Below, one piece after another: positions 8,376 to 17,669 of a stretch of 64,000 nt of DNA. The stretch is from sequence record DRR378314_1550; one strand, 5' to 3'. Made by a program: the position numbers and the translations under genes. The notes under the pieces are model-generated. The model was not told where the DNA came from. It did no database searches and worked only from the letters and a program-made list of their open reading frames with translations. Position 1 is the first letter of the stretch; each line of letters opens with the position of its first letter.

Positions 8376-10358
8376 GTGGCCACACTTGACGAAGCCATTG
8401 AGAAAGGACGACGTAAACGACGGCTAATGGCTATTGGCTTCTCGGTCAGTATTCTTGCACTGCTGATTATTTACTTTGGCTGGTTGTTTCTAACCAAAGG
8501 CTACAGTTTTACCGTAAAGCCAACAGAAGCTGCGCAAACTCAGCGCTTTGCGGTTAATTCCGGTATTGGCTTTTTCATCGACAATAAATATTACGCGGTA
8601 GGCTCTGGTGGCCTCGTGGCGGTTTCGGCCGACAAGTACCAAACCAAAGAAGTGCAGGTAAACGACAACAGCCCTTCAACCATTGAAGTTGAGCTGGAGC
8701 CTAAACCGGCAAAAGTGACGATAACAACAGAGCCGGGCGCAAATGATATTGTCTGGTCAGTTAACGGTGAGCAGCGAGAAACCGCTGCTACCTTTGAGGA
8801 TGAATTTGCTCCCGGAACGTATACGATGTCGGCCTCGCATCCGGCTTACGAGCCTGCTTCAGTGGCAATTGAGGCGTTAATAGACGGTAAAGTTGAATAT
8901 CAACTTCGGTTAACGCCCATTAGTGGCGTTATTTCTATTAATTCCAGCCCGGCGGGCGCGTCGGTGACCCTTGACGGCAAAGAGGTTGGTTCAACGCCGG
9001 TAACCGTTGCTAAAGTGGGTGGCGACTACCCTGTGGTGGTGAATTATCCGGGGTATGAACCGGTAACGGACACCGTGTCTTTAACCGTGCGCAATAAAGA
9101 ACCTAAGCGTAATTATCGACTACAGCCAGTGCAGGCAACCGTTAATGTTTCGGTGAACCCGAAGGGCGGAGCGTTGCTGGTTAACGGCGCGCCGGCAAAA
9201 AATCCAATTAGCGTTGATGCCAATAAAGAACATGTTATTCGTTACGAAAAGGCCGGCTACATTAAGCAAAGCCGGACAATTAAGCTGGGTCCAGCCGAAA
9301 ACCAGCAGCTGACCTTTAACTTAGACCCGGAAATGGGTGACGTAGCTTTTACCGCCAACGAACCCAGCGACGTTTACATTAACGGACAAAAGCAGGGCGT
9401 AACGCCGCTTCGCACCACTTTGCAAGCTTTGCCTTCTAACGTTGAGTTTCGTAAAACCGGTTACCGTACGGTTAAGCAGGAGTTTCAGCCTAGCAGCGAG
9501 CGGCTGGTGAACGTAAAAGCCGAGATGCTGCGCGAGTTTGATGCCAGAAGAAAAGAAGGCAGACCGTTGTTTGTCAGTACTTTAGGCATTGAAATGAACC
9601 GTCTGTCGCCGAAAAAATTCACTATGGGCTCGCCGGTTAATGAGCCAAACCGCGGACGTAATGAGCATCAGGTGAAAGTGGATTTCTCACGGGACGTATG
9701 GATATCGCGCCATGAAATTACCGAGGCGCAGTTCGCCGCGTTTAAAGGCTCGGGTAGCAAAACCAAAATTCCGGTTACGAATGTGTCCTGGGATGAAGCG
9801 GCGTTATTTACCAACTGGCTGAGCGAACAGGAAGGTTTGCAGCCTTTTTATAAAGTCAGTAACGGTAAAGTGGTGGGAACCGATGCGAGCTCGCGAGGTT
9901 ACCGCTTGCCGACCGAAGCCGAATGGGAATACATTGCCAAAATTAATCGCAGAGCTGACTCTACTACTTACGTGTGGGGCAGCCAAGAACACCTGCGTGA
10001 CAAGCAGGGCAACTTTGCCGATGAGTCTGCAAAAGGTCAGCAAACTTTCATTTTACGCGGTTACAATGACGGTTTTGCCGGTAAAGCACCGGTAGGCAGT
10101 TTTAAAGCAGAGCGCGGCGGCTTTTTTGATTTGGACGGTAACGTCAAAGAGTGGGTGCACGACAGTTATACTTTGAACCCGCCCGATCTTGACCGGGTTT
10201 ACACCGATTACCTGGGCGCGGCTCGCGGCAATGGGAATGTGGTCAAAGGTGCGTCTTATAAAACCGGACGCATGAAGAATATTCGTGCCAGCGTTCGCGA
10301 CGGCGAAAGTGCTTCGGCAGAGGATATCGGCTTTAGAATAGCCCGGTATCATGAGTGA
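8376..10358 (+). CDS. Bitopic protein with multiple PEGA domains and a C-terminal FGE-sulfatase (SUMF1/PvdO/GldK-like) domain
   Basis: GGAG RBS + GTG; PEGA motifs (SSPAGASVTLDG...G-TP); FTMGS, HEIT, PVTNVSW, YRLPTEAEWEY, DLDGNVKEWV, IGFR. Confidence 0.9.
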   Translation: MATLDEAIEKGRRKRRLMAIGFSVSILALLIIYFGWLFLTKGYSFTVKPTEAAQTQRFAVNSGIGFFIDNKYYAVGSGGLVAVSADKYQTKEVQVNDNSPSTIEVELEPKPAKVTITTEPGANDIVWSVNGEQRETAATFEDEFAPGTYTMSASHPAYEPASVAIEALIDGKVEYQLRLTPISGVISINSSPAGASVTLDGKEVGSTPVTVAKVGGDYPVVVNYPGYEPVTDTVSLTVRNKEPKRNYRLQPVQATVNVSVNPKGGALLVNGAPAKNPISVDANKEHVIRYEKAGYIKQSRTIKLGPAENQQLTFNLDPEMGDVAFTANEPSDVYINGQKQGVTPLRTTLQALPSNVEFRKTGYRTVKQEFQPSSERLVNVKAEMLREFDARRKEGRPLFVSTLGIEMNRLSPKKFTMGSPVNEPNRGRNEHQVKVDFSRDVWISRHEITEAQFAAFKGSGSKTKIPVTNVSWDEAALFTNWLSEQEGLQPFYKVSNGKVVGTDASSRGYRLPTEAEWEYIAKINRRADSTTYVWGSQEHLRDKQGNFADESAKGQQTFILRGYNDGFAGKAPVGSFKAERGGFFDLDGNVKEWVHDSYTLNPPDLDRVYTDYLGAARGNGNVVKGASYKTGRMKNIRASVRDGESASAEDIGFRIARYHE

Positions 10359-10372
10359 TGAGGAGAAACATC

Positions 10373-10480
10373 ATGAAAAAACGCGTGATTTTGGGCGTCA
10401 TACTGCTGGCTTTGGCCGGCAGCGCGACGGCTTATTTTGTGTCTTTGGATGCACCACAAGATTTCCCCACCAACATTTAA
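10373..10480 (+). CDS. Small 35-aa signal-peptide/TM protein (MKKRVILGVILLALAGSATAYFVSLDAPQDFPTNI), absent from the ORF track
   Basis: Strong RBS GAGGAG 7 nt before the ATG; fills the operon gap between 10358 and 10496; basic N-terminus then hydrophobic core. Confidence 0.75.
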   Translation: MKKRVILGVILLALAGSATAYFVSLDAPQDFPTNI

Positions 10481-10495
10481 CGCCCGGAATGCATA

Positions 10496-11266
10496 ATGTC
10501 TAAAAATAATACGCTTTCAATGAGCCCGAACTTTTTTGTCAGTGGTGGTGTGCTACTGGCTATTTTTACCCTGATACATTTGCTGTATGCAGGAATTATT
10601 CGACCTGCAGCCGAAGTGGCAATGGCAGAGCAAGGAACAGAAGCTTTAACTGCATTTTCGGTTATCTTCAAAGATGTTGAACAGCAGGTGTGTATTTCGC
10701 TCATGTTGTTCTGCTTATTCCTGATGCTGTATAAGCTGTGGCGGTTAATTGACGAAGAAGAAATTTACTCCCGCGATTTGCTGGAAAGCTACGACAAATC
10801 TGAAGCGCTGGACGTTGATGCGGCATTAAATGATTTAGAAAGTTCGGCTTATAAAGAAACCCCCGCATACAGCACCTGGATCAACTGTATTCGTCGTTTT
10901 AAGAACACCAAAAACGTTCAGCATGCGGCTGACACCATCGAGTCGTCGGTAGACAATATTGCCATTCAGTTAGAAAGCGGAAACAACATGATCCGCTACA
11001 TTATCTGGGCTATTCCGTCTATTGGTTTCGTGGGTACGGTTCGCGGTATTGGCTCGGCGCTGGCGCAGGCTGACAAAGCACTGGATGGTGACATTGCGGG
11101 TATGACTGCATCGCTGGGTGTGGCTTTTAACTCAACGTTGGTTGCGCTGTTTATTTCTTTGATTCTGATGTTGTTTATGCACTTGCTGAACAGCCGTCAG
11201 GACAAGATGGTGATCCGCACGCAAGAGTCCTGTGAGAAACACTTGCTGTCTCATTTACACAGTTAA
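10496..11266 (+). CDS. MotA/TolQ/ExbB proton-channel family protein
   Basis: About 4 TM helices; IPSIGFVGTVRGI and SLGVAFNSTLVAL channel motifs. Confidence 0.9.
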   Translation: MSKNNTLSMSPNFFVSGGVLLAIFTLIHLLYAGIIRPAAEVAMAEQGTEALTAFSVIFKDVEQQVCISLMLFCLFLMLYKLWRLIDEEEIYSRDLLESYDKSEALDVDAALNDLESSAYKETPAYSTWINCIRRFKNTKNVQHAADTIESSVDNIAIQLESGNNMIRYIIWAIPSIGFVGTVRGIGSALAQADKALDGDIAGMTASLGVAFNSTLVALFISLILMLFMHLLNSRQDKMVIRTQESCEKHLLSHLHS

Positions 11267-11279
11267 TTGAGCGACTCAG

Positions 11280-12338
11280 ATGCGACGAACACGCCAGGCT
11301 GGCGACGGCTTTAATCTATCTTTTCTGGATGTCATGGCATGCGGACTGGGCGCCGTTATTCTTATTTTTATCCTGATAGATTTTAAAGCTTTTACGCCCG
11401 ACCCTTCAGAAGAGAAAGAAAAGCTTGAGCAGGAGCTGGCGGCATCAATGGACGAGCAGCAGCGTCTGAAAAAGTCCATTGACGAAATTAATGACAAAAT
11501 TGCGCTGGAGTCGGCTAAGCAGGAAGACTCTAAAGAAGCGAAAAACGACACCACTCAGGATCAAACCAAGGCTTTGCAGGACTTGTCGACTCAGTTGACC
11601 GTAGTCGCCGATTTGGAAAACCAGTTAGCGGCCTTGTCCAAAGAAGTTGAGAAGTCAGCCAACGTTGAGCTTTCGGGTACGGGTGAGCAGAACTTTATCA
11701 CCGGCATGAAAGTGGAAGGCGAACAAATAGGCATTCTGGTCGATAAAAGCGCCTCTATGATGGGCGATAACTTAATTGACGTGCTGAGCAAACTGGCTTT
11801 GAGCGACGGCAAAAAAGTGTCTACCGCTAAGTGGATAAGAACACGGCGGGTTGCTCAGTGGTTACTGGCAAGACTGCCGCAAACCTCAAAAGTTAGTGTG
11901 GTGACCTTTTCCGATACGGCAAACCGTTTAGGGCAACGGAACGTCAGCACTGCCTCGGTCAGCGGCTCTATGAATTCTATTGTGAAAGACTTAGGCGCGG
12001 TTGTGCCAGAGGGCGGAACTAACCTTCAGCTGGGCATTAGCACGTTATTTGAGACGAACCCGAATATTACCGATGTCTACATAGTAACGGATGGCCTGCC
12101 AACATTGGGAGACGGCCTGCCGCTTTCCTGTCGTAATTTTATTTCGACGAAAAAGTCTATTTCCTCAGACTGCCGTCAGGCATTGATGGTAGAGACCATC
12201 AAGCGCGCTCCTAAAGGTGTTCGTTACAATATTATACTGCTGCCGATAGAGGGTGACCCCTACGCTTCTCCGCTTTACTGGAACTGGTCGCGGGTAAGCG
12301 GCGGCACATTCTTATCGCCAGCTCCGGAGTGGCCATAA
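11280..12338 (+). CDS. ExbD/MotB-like TM (conserved Asp) + coiled coil + vWA domain protein
   Basis: FNLSFLDVMACGLG TM; MIDAS DKSAS, GGTNL, VTDG. Confidence 0.85.
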   Translation: MRRTRQAGDGFNLSFLDVMACGLGAVILIFILIDFKAFTPDPSEEKEKLEQELAASMDEQQRLKKSIDEINDKIALESAKQEDSKEAKNDTTQDQTKALQDLSTQLTVVADLENQLAALSKEVEKSANVELSGTGEQNFITGMKVEGEQIGILVDKSASMMGDNLIDVLSKLALSDGKKVSTAKWIRTRRVAQWLLARLPQTSKVSVVTFSDTANRLGQRNVSTASVSGSMNSIVKDLGAVVPEGGTNLQLGISTLFETNPNITDVYIVTDGLPTLGDGLPLSCRNFISTKKSISSDCRQALMVETIKRAPKGVRYNIILLPIEGDPYASPLYWNWSRVSGGTFLSPAPEWP

Positions 12339-13288
12339 TGAAAAAAATTCAGCGTGCGCCAGTAGAGGTTTTTAACCTGGCTTTTTTGGATATTATTTCC
12401 TGTGCCTTTGGTGCGGTTATTATGCTGGTGTTGTTGGCGAAAAACGGTACCGAGGATACCGAGCGTGGGCCCGCTAACCTCAGTACCTTAGTTGCAGAAG
12501 TATTGCAGGCGCAGCAGTCGGTGGAGGAATTAAAAGGGGCTTTGTCCGACAAACAGGATGAGCTTAAGGCCGCCGAGCAAAAGACCGCATCAGTCACTGA
12601 GCAGGAAAAGAATCTAGAAAGCTCTATTCCGCGGGCACAGAAAACCCTGCAACAATTGCAGGATAAAGCCTCGTCGTTAAGGGCTGAAATACGGCAAGCC
12701 ACTGCAATGCTAAACACGCCGAACAGCACAGACACACCTGATGATGATGTAGGTGGTATTCCAACCGACGCTGAGTACGTGGTGTTTGTTATTGATAATT
12801 CCGGGTCTATGTCGGGAGGCCGCGGCTGGAGCCGGGTTATTAGCGTTGTTAACGACATTATAGAAAGTCACCCAAAAATGAAGGGCTTTCAGATTATGGC
12901 CGCCGATGGTGATTTTATGTTTAGCAGTAAAGCGGGTGACTGGTTACCGGACAGTAAACGGTTCAGACAAATGGCCATGCAGCAAATGCCAAATTTTACC
13001 GGCGGTAAAAGTGCGCCTGAGCTGGGTATTCTGAAAGCCATTAACCTTTACAAAAAAACCAGGGGCACAACCAGCTTGTACGTTTTTGGTGACGATTATC
13101 GGGTAAATAATCTGGATGCGATAGTTAGGCAGATCACCAGTCAAAATCAGGGCGCGGACGGCAAGCCTGTAATGCGCATTCATGGTATCGGCTTTAGCCG
13201 CGCAAGTGGTAATGCAGAAACCTTCGCTGCCTTTATGCAGGCTGTTGCTAAACGCAACCGCGGCGCCTTTGTCGGGCTGAATTTTTAG
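12338..13288 (+). CDS. Second ExbD-like TM + coiled coil + vWA protein (paralogue)
   Basis: FNLAFLDIISCAFG TM; DNSGS and FGDD; TAATG coupling to the upstream gene. Confidence 0.85.
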   Translation: MKKIQRAPVEVFNLAFLDIISCAFGAVIMLVLLAKNGTEDTERGPANLSTLVAEVLQAQQSVEELKGALSDKQDELKAAEQKTASVTEQEKNLESSIPRAQKTLQQLQDKASSLRAEIRQATAMLNTPNSTDTPDDDVGGIPTDAEYVVFVIDNSGSMSGGRGWSRVISVVNDIIESHPKMKGFQIMAADGDFMFSSKAGDWLPDSKRFRQMAMQQMPNFTGGKSAPELGILKAINLYKKTRGTTSLYVFGDDYRVNNLDAIVRQITSQNQGADGKPVMRIHGIGFSRASGNAETFAAFMQAVAKRNRGAFVGLNF

Positions 13289-13326
13289 TTTTAAAACTGC
13301 CGTTCAGCCCGATCTGGTTATATTAT

Positions 13327-14946
13327 TTACACACGGAAGCGCTGAGTTAAACCGTTAAGGTTTTCAGCCAGCCGCGCCAGTTCAATACTGGCGGCGGAGG
13401 TTTCGTTGGCGCCGGACGCGTTCTCGCTGGCTATGTCGCTAATATTGACCAGGTTGCGGTCAACTTCTTTAGCGACACTCGCCTGCTCCTCAGCAGAGCT
13501 TGCTATGGTCACATTCTGATCACTGATGCGCGAAATAGCGTGCGTGATTTCCTGTAAGGCCTCGCCAGCTTCGTTAGCAATATCTACCGATTGTTTAGCT
13601 TGTTCATGGCTTTGTTGCATAGCTGACACTGTGGTGTCTGTTTCGCTTTGTACGGATTGAATCATGGTTTCAATTTCTTTCGTGGCTTGCTGAGTGCGGT
13701 GTGCCAGTGCCCTGACTTCGTCCGCAACCACGGCAAAGCCACGACCAGATTCCCCAGCGCGTGCGGCCTCAATGGCGGCATTCAATGCCAGCAAGTTAGT
13801 CTGGTCAGCAATGGCCCGGATAACATCTAAAACAGAGCCAATATTTTTTACCTGTCCGGCAAGGTTGTTCACTCCGGTCATAGTGCTGGCCAGCTTGGTC
13901 AGTAACGCGTTAACCGTTGCAATGGTTTGTTCAACCTGCCCACGACCTGCAATAGCACGTTCGCTTGCTTTCTCAGAATCGCCGGAGGTAGCTACCGCAT
14001 TGCGGGCTACATCTTCCACTGCCGCCGTTAACTCGGTTACGGCAGAAACCGCCTGCTCAAGCTCTTCGGTCTGGCGATGAATACCGCGCGTCGACTGTTC
14101 TGTTACTGTGCTCAGTTCTTCTGAAGTTGAAGCTAGCTGGTTCGAAGAGTCCTGAATTTCAGTTATGGTTTTCGAAAAAGCTTTAACTGTTGTATTGAAG
14201 TGGCGTGACAAGTTACCAATTTCATTATCGCTTAAATTGGTCAACTCTATGGTTAAATCGCCCTGAGATAGTTGGCTCATTGCGTTCTGTAGCACTGCTA
14301 TTTGGCTGTTTATAGTGCGGGTGATGTAAATCCCAATCGCAATAAGTAAAGCGATAATAGCGACCGTAATGGTACTGAGTATGGTTACTGAGTCGGAATA
14401 AGCGGTATTACCGTAGTTGCTGGCCTCATTTGCGTTGGCGGCTATTAGCTCTGCCATTTTTAGCAGCACATTTGAGTATTCGGTGTATGCTGTAAGGGAC
14501 TCGCCAACCAATAAAGTGCGAGCCTCTTCGTTACGGTTCTGACGGGATAGTTGTATTATTTCCTTATGAATATCCAGGTATTCTTCGTATTCGCGCACGA
14601 ATTCATCCGACAAACGCTTTAGAGTTTCGTTCTCAATTAAAGCTTGGGCGCGCTCAATGTTCTTGCGAGTTTCCTGCAGTAACGTGTCGAGTTTTTGTTC
14701 GACCTTTTTTTGGTCTGTATCATTCGTGCTGAGAATGTGCGTAGCTTCCTGAGCGCGAATATCGGCGGTCAGAGTATTAATGTGCTCGACAGTGGCGACT
14801 GACGGTAGCCATTGTTCGGAAATAATGGTCGACTGGTCATTAATGTATGACATGCGGGTAAAAGCGAAATACGCGATGACTAATAAACCCAGGCCAACAA
14901 ATGCATAGCTCAGGGCAATTAATAGACTCAGTTTTAAATTTTTCAT
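13327..14946 (-). CDS. Methyl-accepting chemotaxis protein (4HB-type sensor, HAMP, signalling domain)
   Basis: Two TMs, WLPS 4HB motif, [31 protein letters not shown]. Confidence 0.95.
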   Translation of the reverse strand: MKNLKLSLLIALSYAFVGLGLLVIAYFAFTRMSYINDQSTIISEQWLPSVATVEHINTLTADIRAQEATHILSTNDTDQKKVEQKLDTLLQETRKNIERAQALIENETLKRLSDEFVREYEEYLDIHKEIIQLSRQNRNEEARTLLVGESLTAYTEYSNVLLKMAELIAANANEASNYGNTAYSDSVTILSTITVAIIALLIAIGIYITRTINSQIAVLQNAMSQLSQGDLTIELTNLSDNEIGNLSRHFNTTVKAFSKTITEIQDSSNQLASTSEELSTVTEQSTRGIHRQTEELEQAVSAVTELTAAVEDVARNAVATSGDSEKASERAIAGRGQVEQTIATVNALLTKLASTMTGVNNLAGQVKNIGSVLDVIRAIADQTNLLALNAAIEAARAGESGRGFAVVADEVRALAHRTQQATKEIETMIQSVQSETDTTVSAMQQSHEQAKQSVDIANEAGEALQEITHAISRISDQNVTIASSAEEQASVAKEVDRNLVNISDIASENASGANETSAASIELARLAENLNGLTQRFRV

Positions 14947-15011
14947 ATGGTTTCCTAATAAGGAAGTGGACTAAGGTTATGCTTTTTTGAATACAGTTTT
15001 AACATTAAATT

Positions 15012-15038
15012 AATGTAACCAAATGTAACTGAATGTAA
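15012..15038. promoter_or_regulatory. Three AATGTAA direct repeats at a 10-bp period upstream of the MCP gene; candidate OmpR-family site
   Basis: aatgtaacca aatgtaactg aatgtaa. Confidence 0.4.
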
Positions 15039-15293
15039 GTTTATTTAAAAAGTTGTTTTTTAGAACGTTTGTTATATATCATCGGCAATGAATCGCTCCG
15101 CTGCGAAGGAAAATTTTTAGTACGATATTGCAGTGGGGTGAAGTCTGAATCGGTGCTATATTTGTTTAAAATGCTGGCTGGATAGGTGCATTTTATGAAG
15201 GCTATCTATCGAATAAATAGAACGTTTTAGCAAGGAACCGAAAAATTGATTTCAGCCCCTGCTAAAAGTGTCTTACTGAGTAATCAGTGGTGC

Positions 15294-17468
15294 TTAACTT
15301 GCTCTTGCAGCATGCAGTTTTTTGTAGCTCTCTATTAAGCGCAAATGTCTGTCCAGGCCTTCAAGCTGCATATTGGTTGGCGTTAGACCGTGGAAGCGCG
15401 TAGTGCCTTTAACAGAGCCAATAACGGCTTCTATGGTCTCTTCGCCATACATACGGCCTAAGTTGTAGCGGTAGTCTTCCAGTTCCAGTTCTTCGTCCAG
15501 AGTAATTTCCAGTACCGCTTCAACAGCGCGATAAAACAACGTACGCTCAACCGTGTTGTCGTTGAATTGCAGGAACATTTCTACATATTCGAAAGCGTCG
15601 TCATGGCGTTGCAGCGCAAGGTAGATAAGCAATTTCAATTCAAGAATGGTGAGCTGACCCCAAACCGTGTTTTCGTCAAACTCAATACCAATCAGGGTGA
15701 TAATGTCCATGTAGTTATCAAGCTGACTGTCTTCCAGACGCTCAACTAAGTCTTCTAGCTGGCCATCGTTTAACTGGTGCAAATTGAGAATGTCTTCCCG
15801 GTATTGCAGAGCAATATTGGTGTTGTCCCAAATAAGGTCTTCCACGGGGTAAACTTCCGAATAGCCCGGCACCAGAATACGGCATACCGGCGCGGCTAAA
15901 TCTTCATGCACGGCTACGTAAGCTTCTTTGCCCATGTCCTGCAAAATACCAAATAGGGTGTCGGCTTCTTCCTGGTTAGAGCCGCTGAAGTCCCATTCAA
16001 CGAATTCAATGTCAGACTTAGCGCTAAAGAAACGCCAGGACACAACGCCCGATGAATCAATAAAGTGCTCAACAAAGTTATTTGGTTCGGTTACGGCCAT
16101 GGAATTAAAAGTTGGTGCCGGCAGGTCGTTCAAACCTTCAAAGCTGCGGCCTTGCAATAACTCGGTCAGGCTGCGCTCCAGTGCTACTTCAAAACTCGGG
16201 TGCGCACCAAAAGAAGCAAAAACACCACCGGTGCGTGGGTTCATTAAAGTAACACAGGCCACCGGGAACTGACCGCCAAGCGAAGCATCTTTAACTAACA
16301 CTGGGTAGCCTTGCTCTTCTAAGGCTTTTATTCCTTCCAGAATATTCGGGTACTTGTTAAGCACCTCTTGGGGTACGTCCGGTAGGGCAATTTCGTCTTC
16401 AATAATGTGCTTTTTAACGGCGCGTTCAAAAATTTCCGACAAGCACTGAACCTGAGCTTCGGGCAACGTATTCCCCGCACTCATGCCGTTACTTAAATAC
16501 AGGTTTTCAATTAAGTTCGACGGAAAATAGACCGTCTCGCCGTCGGAATGGCGCACAAACGGCAAGGACACAATGCCGCGGTCAGTGCGGCCTGAGTTAG
16601 TATCAATTAAGTGTGAACCACGCAGTTCGCCTTCCGGGTCGTAAAGCTCACGGCAGTATTCATCCAGAATTTCAGTTGGCAGCTCGTCATTTGCGCCGGG
16701 TTTAAACCATTTTTCGTTGGGGTAGTGCACAAACTCAGCGTTTGCTATTTCTTCACCAAAGTACTGGTCGTTATAGAAGAAATTACAGCTTAAGCGCTCA
16801 ATAAACTCACCCAGTGCGGAGCATAAAGCGCTTTCTTTGGTGGCGCCTTTGCCATTGGTAAAGCACATAGGAGAAGCGGCATCGCGAATATGCAGCGACC
16901 ACACATGCGGAACAATATTACGCCAGGAGGATATTTCTATCTTCATGCCTAAGTCCGCAAGTATGGCGGTCATATTGGCAATGGTTTGCTCCAGCGGTAA
17001 GTCTTTGCCTTCAATAAAGGTTCTGCTGTCGCTGTCAGGGCGTATGGTCAGTAACGCCTGAGCGTCCTGAGTAATGCTTTCAACGGCTTCGACGTCAAAC
17101 TCTAAATCGTTTTCTATAACGCGCTTAACGGCGCAACGCTCGGCTGCCCGAATAATGGCTTTGCGGTCTTTCTCGGAAATATCGGCCGGTAACTCAACCT
17201 GAATTTTAAACAGCTGCTTATAGCGGTCTTCGGGGTCGACAACGTTGTTTTGTGAAATACGGATATTTTCGGTTGGAATATCGCGTGTGTCGCAATAAAG
17301 TCGAATGAAATGTGCCGCGCACATAACCGAAGACGCCAGAAAGTAGTCAAAAGGGCCGGGGGCGGAGCCGTCGCCTTTGTATCGAATAGGCTGATCCGAA
17401 ATAACCGTGAAGTCATCGAATTTTGCCTCAAGGCGCATATTGTCGAGAAAGTTTACATTGATTTCCAT
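15294..17468 (-). CDS. ycaO: OsmC domain / YcaO domain fusion protein
   Basis: N-terminal OsmC (GDGSAPGPFDYFLAS..C, RCAV); YcaO motifs TNGKG, SALGEFIER, SNGMSAGN, EIFER, TELLQGR. Confidence 0.9.
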   Translation of the reverse strand: MEINVNFLDNMRLEAKFDDFTVISDQPIRYKGDGSAPGPFDYFLASSVMCAAHFIRLYCDTRDIPTENIRISQNNVVDPEDRYKQLFKIQVELPADISEKDRKAIIRAAERCAVKRVIENDLEFDVEAVESITQDAQALLTIRPDSDSRTFIEGKDLPLEQTIANMTAILADLGMKIEISSWRNIVPHVWSLHIRDAASPMCFTNGKGATKESALCSALGEFIERLSCNFFYNDQYFGEEIANAEFVHYPNEKWFKPGANDELPTEILDEYCRELYDPEGELRGSHLIDTNSGRTDRGIVSLPFVRHSDGETVYFPSNLIENLYLSNGMSAGNTLPEAQVQCLSEIFERAVKKHIIEDEIALPDVPQEVLNKYPNILEGIKALEEQGYPVLVKDASLGGQFPVACVTLMNPRTGGVFASFGAHPSFEVALERSLTELLQGRSFEGLNDLPAPTFNSMAVTEPNNFVEHFIDSSGVVSWRFFSAKSDIEFVEWDFSGSNQEEADTLFGILQDMGKEAYVAVHEDLAAPVCRILVPGYSEVYPVEDLIWDNTNIALQYREDILNLHQLNDGQLEDLVERLEDSQLDNYMDIITLIGIEFDENTVWGQLTILELKLLIYLALQRHDDAFEYVEMFLQFNDNTVERTLFYRAVEAVLEITLDEELELEDYRYNLGRMYGEETIEAVIGSVKGTTRFHGLTPTNMQLEGLDRHLRLIESYKKLHAARAS

Positions 17469-17669
17469 TTAAGGGGCACCGCGGTTGATAAGTTGACTGC
17501 TGTCAGCGAGCAATAGGCGGCATTATCCCATTTTTTTACTTATTGATCATTATCCGCGTGGGTTTCATTAACCTTCCTTTACACTCAAAAACTTTGCCGT
17601 TATTAAAAAGTTTCTGTATCATTTACAACATTATAATTACAATCCAGCCCTATAAATGAAAGGTATATT

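Noticed and set aside
9590-10358. DGR target (CLec/FGE domain with a variable repeat)
   Set aside because: No reverse transcriptase, and no template repeat noticed in the window.
10496-13288. Zorya anti-phage system or canonical Tol/Ton operon
   Set aside because: No long ZorA tail, no OmpA-like ZorB domain, no ZorC/D/E, and no TonB/TolA/TolB/Pal. Only the motor-type motifs are shared.
15078-15110. Sigma-28 promoter for the 13327-14946 MCP (GCCGATGA on the minus strand)
   Set aside because: No TAAA -35 element at the correct spacing.
15294-17468. RiPP biosynthetic cluster around YcaO
   Set aside because: No precursor, E1-like, dehydrogenase, TfuA or transporter genes adjacent.
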